From assembly GCA_963770895.1 (NCBI GenBank), contig CAVYRF010000002.1, forward strand, positions 2,336,001-2,400,000: a stretch of 64,000 bases of DNA. Direction: 5' to 3'. Source of the DNA: an uncultured Acidobacteriota bacterium. Its GTDB lineage: Bacteria; Acidobacteriota; Thermoanaerobaculia; Multivoradales; UBA5704. Made by a program: the position numbers and the translations under genes. Of this stretch, positions 48,509 through 58,169 are shown piece after piece (within the stretch, counting starts at the first letter, position 1; every line of letters begins with the position of its first letter). Under the pieces are notes generated by a model. It made no database searches. It was not told where the DNA came from and was given only the letters and a program-made list of their open reading frames with translations.

Positions 48509-49066
48509 TTGCGCCCCAACCAAAACCTGCTGGAAGTTTTCCTCGAACTGCAGGTCCTGGACCGCATCCCGCGCAGCGGCTACGTGCTGCGCGGGGTCGC
48601 CGATCCCGAGAGCATCACCGAGCACTGCTGGCACGTCCTGTTCATGGTGTGGACCCTGGGCGCCCAGGTGCCGGGCCTGGACGTGACGCGGGCGGTGGAG
48701 ATCGCCCTGGTCCACGACCTGGCCGAGGTGCGGGTGGGCGACCTGCCGCGCACCGCCAGCCGCTATTTCCCCGCCGGCGCCAAGCAGGCCGCCGAATCGG
48801 CGGTGCTGGCGGAGGTGCTGGCGCCCCTGCCGGCGCGGACGCTCGACCTGCACGCCGAATACAGCCGCGGCGAAAGCCTGGAGGCGCGCCTGGTCAAGGC
48901 GTGCGACAAGCTGCAGCTGATGCTCAAGGTGGCGGTGTACGAAAGCTGGGGCAGCGGCAACCTGGCCGAGTTCTGGGACAACCCCGACAACTTCCCCGCC
49001 TCGGGGATCGCGCCGGTCGACGAGCTGTTCGCCGCGCTGCGCGCGCGCCGCATCAACAAATCTTAA
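48509..49066 (+). CDS. HD-domain hydrolase (YfbR-like 5'-deoxynucleotidase)
   Basis: IPRSGY..ESITEH, LVHDLAE..GD, EARLVK.CDKL. Confidence 0.85.
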   Translation: MRPNQNLLEVFLELQVLDRIPRSGYVLRGVADPESITEHCWHVLFMVWTLGAQVPGLDVTRAVEIALVHDLAEVRVGDLPRTASRYFPAGAKQAAESAVLAEVLAPLPARTLDLHAEYSRGESLEARLVKACDKLQLMLKVAVYESWGSGNLAEFWDNPDNFPASGIAPVDELFAALRARRINKS

Positions 49067-49239
49067 TCAGGCTTGCAAAGTCCTGCGCCGGCGCAGATGC
49101 TATGTGCATCGCGTGACGGAAGAGCCCTGCGCCGGGCTTTGGCAGCATGTGACGCCGCGGCGGCAGACTTGTTACAGCAAGGTGGCGCGGTCGGGTGGTT
49201 TAACAATCGCCGATCGTCCGATCGCTGAAAGGGAGCGGC

Positions 49240-50412
49240 ATGTTGCAGCGGAAACCGAAGCCGGGCAGGCATCCGGCGGCCATTGCGCCGATTGAAATGA
49301 TGGCGCTGGCCGCGGCGATCGGGTTGATGGCGGCGCTCGCCGGCGGCTGCGGCGGCGCCGGCAAGAGCGACGCGGACGGCGAAGCGGCGCCGGCCTTCCA
49401 GCGCCGCCAAGGCAACATCGTCTTCGTGCCGGCGACGTCGCCGCTGCGGGCGCAGCTGCGCACCGAACCGGTGCGGGCGGAAACGGCGCGGCGGACGCTC
49501 ACCACGCCGGCGGTGGTGGAGGCGGTGCCCGGCCTGACCGCGCGCATCTTCCCGCCGGTTTCAGGCCACCTGGTCAACCTGTCGGCGCAGCTGGGCGACC
49601 GCGTCCAGCGCGGCACGGTGCTGGCCACCATCAGCTCGCCCGACTACATGTCGGCACAGAGCGATTACGTGCGCGCCAAGAGCGCTCTCGACCTGACCGA
49701 ACGCGCCCTGCGGCGGGAAAAAGAGCTGCTCGACGCCAAGATCGCGGCGCGGCGCGAAGTCGAGCAGGCGCAAAACGATTACGACTCGGCCAAGAGCTCG
49801 CTGGTGGCCGCCGAAGGCAGGCTGCGCACCTACGGCATCGACCCTCAGCGCGACAAGCCCGGCGACCCGCTGGTGCTGCGTTCGCCGGTGTCGGGACGGG
49901 TGATCGACGTCGCCGCGGGCGTCGGCGAGTTCCGCAGCGACACCACGGCGCCGCTGATGACCATCGCCGACCTGTCGACCGTCTGGCTGACCGCCAGCGT
50001 CCAGGAAAAAGACATTCGCTTCGTCAACAAGGGCCAGGAGGTCAAGGCGGTGCTGGCGGCATTTCCCGGTGAAGAGGTCACCGGCCGGGTGATGGCGGTG
50101 GGCGAGATCCTCGATCCCGACACCCGTTCGACCAAGGCGCGCATCGCGCTGGCCAATCCCGACGGCCGTTACCGGCCCGGCATGTACGCCACCGTAACCT
50201 TTTTCGGCTTTCCTGAAACCCGCGTCTCGGTGCCGACGTCCGCCCTGGTGCAGATCGGCGCCTCGGCCTTTGTCTTTTGCCAGATCGCGCCGGACACCTA
50301 TCAGCCGGTGGCGGTCGAGCCGGGCTCGCAGAGCGGCGGCCGCACCGAGATCCACAGCGGTCTGGCGCCGGGCACGGTGATCATCGCCGCCAACGGAGTG
50401 CTGCTGCAGTGA
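49240..50412 (+). CDS. RND efflux periplasmic adaptor (CzcB-like), probable lipoprotein
   Basis: AGGC lipobox-like motif; LGDRVQRG, LRSPVSG, IADLSTVW, DPDTRS, RPGMY. Confidence 0.9.
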   Translation: MLQRKPKPGRHPAAIAPIEMMALAAAIGLMAALAGGCGGAGKSDADGEAAPAFQRRQGNIVFVPATSPLRAQLRTEPVRAETARRTLTTPAVVEAVPGLTARIFPPVSGHLVNLSAQLGDRVQRGTVLATISSPDYMSAQSDYVRAKSALDLTERALRREKELLDAKIAARREVEQAQNDYDSAKSSLVAAEGRLRTYGIDPQRDKPGDPLVLRSPVSGRVIDVAAGVGEFRSDTTAPLMTIADLSTVWLTASVQEKDIRFVNKGQEVKAVLAAFPGEEVTGRVMAVGEILDPDTRSTKARIALANPDGRYRPGMYATVTFFGFPETRVSVPTSALVQIGASAFVFCQIAPDTYQPVAVEPGSQSGGRTEIHSGLAPGTVIIAANGVLLQ

Positions 50413-53400
50413 TCGGCCGCGCCGTCGCCTTCTGCCTGCAGCGCCGCTGGCTGGTGCTGGCGGTGCTGGTCGCCATCGCGGCGTTCGGCCTGTATTCGGT
50501 GCGCAGCCTGGACGTGGACGCCTATCCCGACATCGGCGACGTGACCGCGCAGGTGATCACGCAATATCCCGGACACGCCGCCGAAGAGGTCGAGCAGCAG
50601 ATCACGATCCCGCTGGAGCGCGAGCTCAACGGCACGCCCGGGCTGCACGTCATGCGTTCCAAGAGCACCTTCGGCCTGTCGTTGATCACCCTGGTGTTCG
50701 AAGACGGCACCGAAGATTATTTTGAGCGCCAGCGCATCCTGGAACGGATCGGCAACGTCACCCTGCCGCCCAACGTGCAGGCCGGCCTGGACTCCGTGAC
50801 GTCGCCCACCGGCGAGATCTATCGCTACACGGTCGTCTCCCACCTGCGCGACGCGCGGGCGCTGCGCGACATCGAAAACTGGACCATCATCCCGCAGCTC
50901 AAGCAGGTGCCGGGGGTGGTGGACGTCAATCCGTTCGGCGGCGAAAACTACCAGTTTCAGGTCTACGTCGATCCCGAGCGCCTGGTCAAGTACGGCCTCA
51001 GCCTGACTCAGGTCACCGACGCCATCGCCGCCAACAACGTCAACGCCGGCGGCAGCCTGATCGTGCGCGGCCAGCAGAGCATCGTGGTGCGGGGCCTGGG
51101 TGCGATCGCCAAGCTGGGCGACCTGGAGACCATCGTCATCGCGCAGAAGGGCGGCACGCCGGTGTTCGTGCGCGACATCGGGCGCGTCGAGCTGGGCGCC
51201 CTGGAGCGCCAGGGCATCCTGGGCAAGGACGACAACGACGACGCGGTGTCGGGCATCGTCCTGCTGCTGCGCGGCGTCAACCCCTCGCGGGTGCTCGACG
51301 GCATTCACCGCAAGGTGCGCGAGCTCAACACCAAGGTGCTGCCGTCCGACGTCAAGGTGGTGCCCTACCTGGATCGCACGCAACTGGTGCAGACCACGCT
51401 GAACACGGTCTCCCGGACGCTCGCCGAAGGCATGATCCTGGTGGTGCTGGTGCTGATCTTCTTTTTGGGCAACTGGCGCGGCGCGCTGCTGGTGGCGCTG
51501 ACCATCCCGTTCGCGCTGCTGTTCGCCTTCATGTTGATGCACTTCACCAACGTGCCGGCCAACCTGCTGTCGTTGGGCGCCATCGACTTCGGCATCATCG
51601 TCGACGGCGCGATCGTGCTGATGGAGGTGATCCTGCGGCGGCGCGAAAAGCACTCCGAGCGGCCGCTGCGCGAAGCCGAGGCGCGCGATGCGGCGCTGGA
51701 GGTGGCCAAGCCGATCTTCTTTGCCACGTTGATCATCATCACCGCCTACCTGCCGCTGTTCGCCTTCGAGCGGGTGGAACGCAAGCTGTTCACGCCGATG
51801 GCGTTCACCATCGGCTACGCGCTCATCGGCGCCCTGCTCTTCGCGCTGGCCGCGGTGCCGGCGCTGGCCTACCTGGCGTACCGCAAGCCGGGCAAGGGCT
51901 TCCGCAACCCGGCGATCGAATGGCTGGGCCGCCACTACGACAGCTATCTGCAGCACGTGGTCCGCCACCCGCGCCGCATCCTGATCGCGGCAGGGGCGGT
52001 CGGCGTGCTGACGGTGGTGCTGGCGCTGTCGGTGGGGCGGGAGTTTCTGCCCTACCTGGACGAAGGGTCGATCTGGATGCAGATCGACCTGCCGCCCGGC
52101 ATCTCGATCGCCAAGGCCACGGAGATGGCGCGCAGCTATCGCAAGGTCATGGGCAGCTTCAAGGAGGTGTCCTACGTCGTGACCCAGACCGGGCGCAACG
52201 ACGAGGCGACCGATCCGTGGACCTTTTCGCACATCGAAAGCTCCGTCGGCCTCAAACCCTACAAGCAGTGGGGGGGCGACAAGCAGGCGCTGATCGACCG
52301 CATGACCCGGAAGCTGCACGCGGTGCTGCCCGGCATGGAGTTCGGCTTCTCGCAGCCGATGATCGACGGCGTCAACGACAAGATCGCCGGCGCCCACTCG
52401 GAGATCGTCATCAAGGTCTACGGCGACGACTTCGCCGAGGCGCGGCGCATCAGCACCGCCATCGCCGGCGTGGTGTCCGGCATCCAGGGCGCGGTGGACG
52501 TCGCCATCGACCAGGAGCCGCCGCTGCCGCAGCTGCAGATCAAGATCAACCGCCAGGCCGCGGCGCGCTTCGGCATCAACGTCGCCGACATCGCCAACCT
52601 GATCGAAACGGCGATCGGCGGCAAGGCGGTGACCAGCGTCTACCTGGGCGAGCGCAGCTACAACGTCGGCGTGCGCTTCATCGAATCGGTGCGCGGCAAT
52701 CCCGAGGCGATCGCCAACCTGACCGTGCCGTCGTCGACCGGCGCGCGCATCCCGCTGTCGCAGGTCTCCGACATCCAGATCGGCGCCGGCGAAAGCACCA
52801 TCACGCGCGAGATGGGGCGCCGCCACATGACCGTCAAGGTCGACCTGCGCGGGCGCGACCTGGCGTCGTTCATCGCCGAGGCGCAGCGCAAGATCGATCA
52901 GACCGTGCACTACGATCACGAAAAATACGAGATCGGCTGGGGCGGCCAGTTCGAGAACCAGCAGCGCGCCCAGGGGCGCCTGCTGGTGATCGTCCCCGGC
53001 GCCCTGGCGCTCATCTTCCTGCTGCTCTATGCCGGCTTCGGCGACGTGCGCCACGCGGCGCTGATCCTGCTGGTCGTGCCGCTGGCGCTGTTCGGCGGTC
53101 TGTCGGCGCTGCTGCTGCGCGGCATGACGCTCAACGTGTCCAGCGCCGTGGGTTTCATCGCGCTCTTCGGCGTGGCGGTGCAGAACGGCGTCATCATGGT
53201 CGCCAACCTCAACCAGCGGCGGAGCACCGGCGGCTCGCTCGAAGAGTCGCTGCGGCGGGGCGCCGGCGTGCGGCTGCGCCCGGTGCTGATGACGGCGACG
53301 GTGGCGATCCTGGGGCTGCTGCCGGCCGCCACCAAGCACGGCGTCGGCAGCGACGTCCAGCGGCCCCTGGCGACGGTCATCGTCGGCGGCCTGATCGGCG

Positions 53401-53516
53401 CCACCGTGCTGACCCTGCTCATCCTGCCCGCCGCCTATTACACCCTGGAGCGCTGGACCGAAGCCCGGGCGGCGCGTGCCGCCGCCCGCCACGCGGCGGC
53501 GCCGGAGCACTCGTGA
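50409..53516 (+). CDS. czcA: Heavy-metal efflux RND transporter (CzcA/CusA family)
   Basis: DAYPD, EEVEQQITIPLE, ANLLSLGAIDFGIIVDG, EFLPYLDEG, GFIALFGVAVQNG, RLRPVLMTA, QRPLATVIVGG. Confidence 0.93.
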   Translation: MIGRAVAFCLQRRWLVLAVLVAIAAFGLYSVRSLDVDAYPDIGDVTAQVITQYPGHAAEEVEQQITIPLERELNGTPGLHVMRSKSTFGLSLITLVFEDGTEDYFERQRILERIGNVTLPPNVQAGLDSVTSPTGEIYRYTVVSHLRDARALRDIENWTIIPQLKQVPGVVDVNPFGGENYQFQVYVDPERLVKYGLSLTQVTDAIAANNVNAGGSLIVRGQQSIVVRGLGAIAKLGDLETIVIAQKGGTPVFVRDIGRVELGALERQGILGKDDNDDAVSGIVLLLRGVNPSRVLDGIHRKVRELNTKVLPSDVKVVPYLDRTQLVQTTLNTVSRTLAEGMILVVLVLIFFLGNWRGALLVALTIPFALLFAFMLMHFTNVPANLLSLGAIDFGIIVDGAIVLMEVILRRREKHSERPLREAEARDAALEVAKPIFFATLIIITAYLPLFAFERVERKLFTPMAFTIGYALIGALLFALAAVPALAYLAYRKPGKGFRNPAIEWLGRHYDSYLQHVVRHPRRILIAAGAVGVLTVVLALSVGREFLPYLDEGSIWMQIDLPPGISIAKATEMARSYRKVMGSFKEVSYVVTQTGRNDEATDPWTFSHIESSVGLKPYKQWGGDKQALIDRMTRKLHAVLPGMEFGFSQPMIDGVNDKIAGAHSEIVIKVYGDDFAEARRISTAIAGVVSGIQGAVDVAIDQEPPLPQLQIKINRQAAARFGINVADIANLIETAIGGKAVTSVYLGERSYNVGVRFIESVRGNPEAIANLTVPSSTGARIPLSQVSDIQIGAGESTITREMGRRHMTVKVDLRGRDLASFIAEAQRKIDQTVHYDHEKYEIGWGGQFENQQRAQGRLLVIVPGALALIFLLLYAGFGDVRHAALILLVVPLALFGGLSALLLRGMTLNVSSAVGFIALFGVAVQNGVIMVANLNQRRSTGGSLEESLRRGAGVRLRPVLMTATVAILGLLPAATKHGVGSDVQRPLATVIVGGLIGATVLTLLILPAAYYTLERWTEARAARAAARHAAAPEHS

Positions 53517-53539
53517 CCGGACCTTCGAAGGGGGCGCGC

Positions 53540-54910
53540 ATGGATTTTGCCAAGCTGCTTTCCGCGCCGGTCCGGCTGCTGCTCGTCGGCGCCTGCTGCG
53601 CCCTGCCGGTCGTCGCCGCGGTGGCGCAGACCGCGCCGCCGGCGTCGGCGGCGGCCCCGGCCGGCAAGCAGGCCCTGGCGGCGGTCGCGGTGGCGGGGCC
53701 CGACGAACCGATCACGTTCCGGGCGTTCCTGGCCGAGGTGGCGGCTTCCAACCTGGACTACGCCGCCGCGCGCTACAACGTTTCGATCGCCCAGGCGCAG
53801 GTGCTGGCGGCGCAGGTTTCGCCCAACCCGTCGGTGACCGCCGGCAGGTCGGGGCAGGACGTCACCGACCAGGGCGACCAGCGGGAGCCGGCCAACAACG
53901 ATCTCAGCCTGTCGCAGACCATCGAGCTGGGCGGCAAGCGCGGCAAGCGGGTGGCGGTCGCCAAGGCCAACCTGGCGCAGGCCGCCGCCACCGCCGAAGA
54001 TTTTTTCCGCACCCTGCGCGGCAACGCCGCGACCGCCTACATTGATGCCTTGACCAAGCGCCGCGAAGCCGCAGAAAAGCAGCGCTCCGCCGGCAGTCTG
54101 GACGAGCTGGTGGCGGCCAACCGCAAGCGCCTTGAGGTGGGCGACATCGGCGAGATCGACCTGACCCAATCGCGCGTCGACGCCCTGCAGGCGCGCGGCG
54201 ACTACCTCGCCGCCGAGTCCGACGCCAGGGTGGCGGTCATCGGCCTGGAGCAGCTGCTGGGCCGCAAGCGCCCGCTGGGCGTCCTGGTGCCGGCGGGCAT
54301 CCTGGACGGGCCGCCGCGCACCTTCGACCAGGACGCCCTGCTGGCAGCCGCCCTGGAGCACCGGCCCGACGTCATCGCCGCCCGCCACGCCCTCGCCTCG
54401 GCGCGTGCCAACGTCGAAGTCGCGCGGGCGATGGCCATCCCCGACGTCACCGTCGACCTCACCTACCAGGACAACGAAGCCTCGATGAACCGCGTCGCTC
54501 CGGCCCCCGCCTTTTCTTCCATCGGTCTGTCGCTGTCGCTGCCGCTGCCGATCTTCAACCGCTACCGCGGCGAGCTGGAATCGGCTCGCCAGACCGCCGA
54601 GCAGAGCGAAACCACCCTGCGCTCGACCGAGCTGGGCGCCCGGGTCGCCGTCATGCAAGCCCTGGCCCGCTACCAGCTGGCCAACGCGCGCGCCGAGCAG
54701 TACCGCGGCGGCGCCATCGACGACGCCGCCGCCGTCCTCAAGGCGAAGCTCTTCAGCTACGCCCACGGCGCCTCCACCCTGCTCGACGTCCTCAACGCCC
54801 AGACCGCCGAAAACCAGGTCCGCCTGGCCTACCTCGACGCCCTCGACGAACGCGCCAAAGCACTGGTCGGCCTGGAAGAAGCCGCCGGCATCTGGGACGT
54901 CGATTTCTAG
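53540..54910 (+). CDS. TolC-family outer-membrane efflux protein (CzcC-like)
   Basis: PNPSV, SQTIELGGKR, RPDV, LPLPIFNR..G, STLLDVLNAQ. Alternative GTG start at 53513. Confidence 0.9.
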   Translation: MDFAKLLSAPVRLLLVGACCALPVVAAVAQTAPPASAAAPAGKQALAAVAVAGPDEPITFRAFLAEVAASNLDYAAARYNVSIAQAQVLAAQVSPNPSVTAGRSGQDVTDQGDQREPANNDLSLSQTIELGGKRGKRVAVAKANLAQAAATAEDFFRTLRGNAATAYIDALTKRREAAEKQRSAGSLDELVAANRKRLEVGDIGEIDLTQSRVDALQARGDYLAAESDARVAVIGLEQLLGRKRPLGVLVPAGILDGPPRTFDQDALLAAALEHRPDVIAARHALASARANVEVARAMAIPDVTVDLTYQDNEASMNRVAPAPAFSSIGLSLSLPLPIFNRYRGELESARQTAEQSETTLRSTELGARVAVMQALARYQLANARAEQYRGGAIDDAAAVLKAKLFSYAHGASTLLDVLNAQTAENQVRLAYLDALDERAKALVGLEEAAGIWDVDF

Positions 54911-54922
54911 GGCTGGCCGCGC

Positions 54923-55768
54923 TCAGACGTGGCGGCGGAGCCAGGTCTGAGTGGCGTTCAGGGCCTGGATGAGCGCGGGGGTGGGGCCGGCGAAGGGGTG
55001 GCGGGCGCCGAAGGTGTGGTTACCGCCGGTGACCAGCAGCAGGTCGTGGGGACCGGTGGCGTGTTGGGCAAGGGTGGCGGCTTCGGCCGGCGGCACGGTT
55101 TCATCGTCGGCGCCGTGGACGATCAGCCAGGGGGCGGTGACGCGCGCGGCGGCGGCCGGGATGTTCAGGCTGGTGCCGGCGTTGCGCTCGACGTCGGCAA
55201 AGTATTGCGGGCCCAGGGCCAGCCGCTGGCCGGTGCGGGTGTTGACGACCGGCAGCTCGCCGCTGTCGCGGGCGCGGCGCTTGTCGTCGGCGCTGTAGCG
55301 CTCGACGGTCGAGATCGCGGCCCAGGTGACCAGGGCGCGGCAGCGGCTGCGCCAGGGCTCCACGGCGGCGGCCAGGACGGCGGCGGCGCCGCCGCGGCTG
55401 TGGCCCACCAGGGCAAGGCGCTCGCGGTCCACGCGGTCGGGCGCGACCTCGGTGCCGGCGGCGGCCAGCACGCGCAGCAGGTCGCCCAGCTCGGCGCTGT
55501 GGGTATTGGCCCTGAACGCCTGCGGGTCGGTCACCCGCTCGTCGCCCGGCTGCATGCCGGTGCCCGACAGGTTGAAGCGGATCGCGACAAACCCGCGCTC
55601 GGCCAGCAGCGACGCCAGCGACGGAAAGAACGCCCACTCCATGAAGCCTTTGAATCCATGGCAGATCACCACCGCCGGCCGCTGCCCCGGCGCGTCGGGC
55701 AAATCCACCAGGCCGTGCAGCACGCCGCCTTCCGGCCGCGTCAAGGTGAAAGGCTGAGGCGCGCTCAC
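54923..55768 (-). CDS. Alpha/beta hydrolase (S9/esterase-like)
   Basis: CHGFKGF, GHSRGG (nucleophile elbow), HGADDETV, GNHTF. Confidence 0.88.
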   Translation of the reverse strand: MSAPQPFTLTRPEGGVLHGLVDLPDAPGQRPAVVICHGFKGFMEWAFFPSLASLLAERGFVAIRFNLSGTGMQPGDERVTDPQAFRANTHSAELGDLLRVLAAAGTEVAPDRVDRERLALVGHSRGGAAAVLAAAVEPWRSRCRALVTWAAISTVERYSADDKRRARDSGELPVVNTRTGQRLALGPQYFADVERNAGTSLNIPAAAARVTAPWLIVHGADDETVPPAEAATLAQHATGPHDLLLVTGGNHTFGARHPFAGPTPALIQALNATQTWLRRHV

Positions 55769-55783
55769 GGCGGTGATTTTAGA

Positions 55784-57691
55784 CTAGTGCTTCGCGTTCG
55801 CGGCGCACATGCGCGACGTCCCGAACGTCCCGAACGTCGCGGCGCGCCGGCGGGTCGCGTCGATGCCGGCCGGTGGCTTGGGAGCGAAGAAGGCGATCCA
55901 CGTGCCGGTGGCCGGATAGCCGTCGACGCCGGGCCACGTCCAGGTCACGCTGCCGTTGACGATGCTGTAACCATCGGCGGACAGCTGGCCTGTATAGACC
56001 GCCGTCATGCCCGCCGAGGTGCTGTCGGAAGTGTCCGTGCGGTGCAGCACCACCGACTGTGGCGTAAACGTCTGCACCGTCAGCTCCGCGGCGGCGCCGT
56101 TGTCCCACTCGGCTTCGTACTGGCCTTCATTCAAGATCCAGGTGCCGGAAAAAGGGCCTTCTATTTCTTTGATCTCGAACGGCAAGCCAAGGCTGCACAA
56201 TCCCGTGGAGGAGTTGCAGGTGCTCCCGGACTCCAGCGCGCAGGGTGCGACCTGGCACTTGGGGGTCGAGGTCGGTAACGTGTTCAGAATCGAGGCGACG
56301 GAGCAGATGAAGCAGTCGCTAGTCGTTTCGCATTGATCTTCCAGGGCCTCTGGAAGAACCTGGGCACAGGTCGTGAACAGCGGCCCGTCGCAGGGCGTTG
56401 CCCGGGAGCTCGGATCGAAGTAGCAACCATTTGGCACGCAGTTGGTCAGGTAGCAGCTGTCGTGCGCTGCGCAGGCCGCGTTGAGCTCGGCGCTTGGAAT
56501 GAGTAAGGACAGGTATCCATGCTGGCCGTCGCAGCTATTGCCCGGGCCGCAGTACTGGCAGCCCGGTCCCGCCGACCGCGGCGCAGACTGCGGCGCCGAA
56601 GAGCCGGCAAGGCTGCAGCCTTCCAGGGCCATGAAACGATTCATCAGCAGGTTGAAGTCCGCGCCGAAAGGATCGGTCAGTCCCTGGGCGCTGGTCTGGG
56701 TCGCCTGCTTCACCTGTTGCACCGTGAGACTCTTGGAATCACAGGAGGGCAGGCAGGCGGCCAGGGCGGAGGTATCCTGCAGCGGCGCAAAGGCCGTGTT
56801 CTGGGGATTCCTGTAGGTGCGGGTGAGCCCGGTGATCGCGTCCGTGACCTCCAGGCTCACCGCGACGTTGGTCAACCCCGCGGCAAAGACCCAGAATTGC
56901 TGGTTGACGCCGCAGCCGTCCAGCACCTTTACCACCACCTCGACGCTGCTGGCGTCGAAGAACCAGAAATAGCCGGTGTCGGACGTGATCGACACCGCCT
57001 GGCCCGCGCCGCTGCTGCCGGTCGGCGTTTCCCACAGCGCCCGCACGCTGAAGCGGTCGGCGTTCAGGCACAGCGTCGTGCCATCGCTGGGATCGCAGGC
57101 GGAAGGAGCGCCGGCGGCCCTGGCCGCGGCTCGCTCATGTTTCCATTCCCGCGGGGCGCCGGCGCCGGCGGCAGGCGCCGCGCCTGCCGGCGTCGCATCT
57201 GCTGCCGTCCGATGCGGGGCCGCGCCGCATGCAAAGGCGGTGGTGTCCTGGACGGGAGCAAAGGGGTTTCCCTGGCGATTCCTGTAGCTGACCAGCGCCC
57301 CAGTCGCCGTATCCGTCACCGTGAGCACGACTTGCACGTTGGTAAGGCCGGCGGCAAAAACCCAATAGTGTCCATTGACGCTGCATCCATCGACGACCTT
57401 GGCGACGGCTTCGACGTTGGTCGAATCGAAAAACCAGAAATACCCCGTATCGTCGGTCAGCCCGACCGCCTGGCCGCCGCCGCTGCTCGGCGCCGTGGTC
57501 GTCCAAACCGCGCTCACCCGAAACCGCGATCCGTCCAGGCACAGGTGGGTTTCATCCGCGACGCAAGGAGCCGTGGCTTGGGCACCGCCCAGGCTGGTCG
57601 CGGGGCCGGCCACACCTGCCGGTCCGAGCTCCGCGGCCACGGCACCGGACGACATCAGCACCACGCAGGCAAGAATCGACGCAATCCTCAT
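55784..57691 (-). CDS. Secreted protein: two copies of the ~110-aa repeat-family domain + Cys-rich phospholipase A2-like domain + C-terminal beta domain
   Basis: Signal MRIASILACVVLMSSGAVAA with GGAGGGG RBS; tandem TGYFWFF..VKV.DGC..WVFAAGLTNV..QDT.A domains; YCGPG..NAACAAHDSCY..CDGPLF. Confidence 0.8.
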   Translation of the reverse strand: MRIASILACVVLMSSGAVAAELGPAGVAGPATSLGGAQATAPCVADETHLCLDGSRFRVSAVWTTTAPSSGGGQAVGLTDDTGYFWFFDSTNVEAVAKVVDGCSVNGHYWVFAAGLTNVQVVLTVTDTATGALVSYRNRQGNPFAPVQDTTAFACGAAPHRTAADATPAGAAPAAGAGAPREWKHERAAARAAGAPSACDPSDGTTLCLNADRFSVRALWETPTGSSGAGQAVSITSDTGYFWFFDASSVEVVVKVLDGCGVNQQFWVFAAGLTNVAVSLEVTDAITGLTRTYRNPQNTAFAPLQDTSALAACLPSCDSKSLTVQQVKQATQTSAQGLTDPFGADFNLLMNRFMALEGCSLAGSSAPQSAPRSAGPGCQYCGPGNSCDGQHGYLSLLIPSAELNAACAAHDSCYLTNCVPNGCYFDPSSRATPCDGPLFTTCAQVLPEALEDQCETTSDCFICSVASILNTLPTSTPKCQVAPCALESGSTCNSSTGLCSLGLPFEIKEIEGPFSGTWILNEGQYEAEWDNGAAAELTVQTFTPQSVVLHRTDTSDSTSAGMTAVYTGQLSADGYSIVNGSVTWTWPGVDGYPATGTWIAFFAPKPPAGIDATRRRAATFGTFGTSRMCAANAKH

Positions 57692-57860
57692 CAAGATCCC
57701 CTCCACTCCACAGAAAGCTTCCAGCCCCAGCCAAACTGGCGCTGCGCTGCCCAGGCCAGGCTGAGAAAGTTCGGGTTGCAGCCAAATCAGCGCCGCCCAG
57801 GCAAGACTGAGCCGGAGCCTCGCCAGGGATAGACCCGCCGCCTCAGAAACAAGGTGAGTC

Positions 57861-58150
57861 GCCCGCCCGCGCCCTTTGCCGCCCCTCCCGCCCACCCCTC
57901 TCATCCCTTCATCCCTCCGCCTCTCCTTTCGCCTCGACTCCTCCGCCCCCTCGACCCTTCCACCCTTTGCCCTCCTGCGCCTCGCACCTCGCACCTCGCC
58001 GACTCCGCCCCCCTGACCCTGCCCCCCTCCCGGCCCCTCGCCTTTCGCCCATCCGCCCCTCTTACCCTTCCCGCCCCCGCTTTCCGCTCCTCCCGCTGCC
58101 GCCCTCCCTGCCCCCCGGCCCCTCCCGCCTCCTCGCACCCCACTTGTCCC
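57861..58150. other. Intergenic polypyrimidine (+)/polypurine (-) low-complexity tract
   Basis: About 290 nt dominated by C and T with many C3-C6 runs, between divergent genes. Confidence 0.8.
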
Positions 58151-58169
58151 GCCACGGTAGACTGTGGGT

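Noticed and set aside
49060-49155. Possible NiCo (czcD) riboswitch ahead of the RND operon
   Set aside because: Only short fragments (ATCAGGC, GCCGGGC..GGCAGCA) resemble the consensus, and I could not build the four-way junction by eye.
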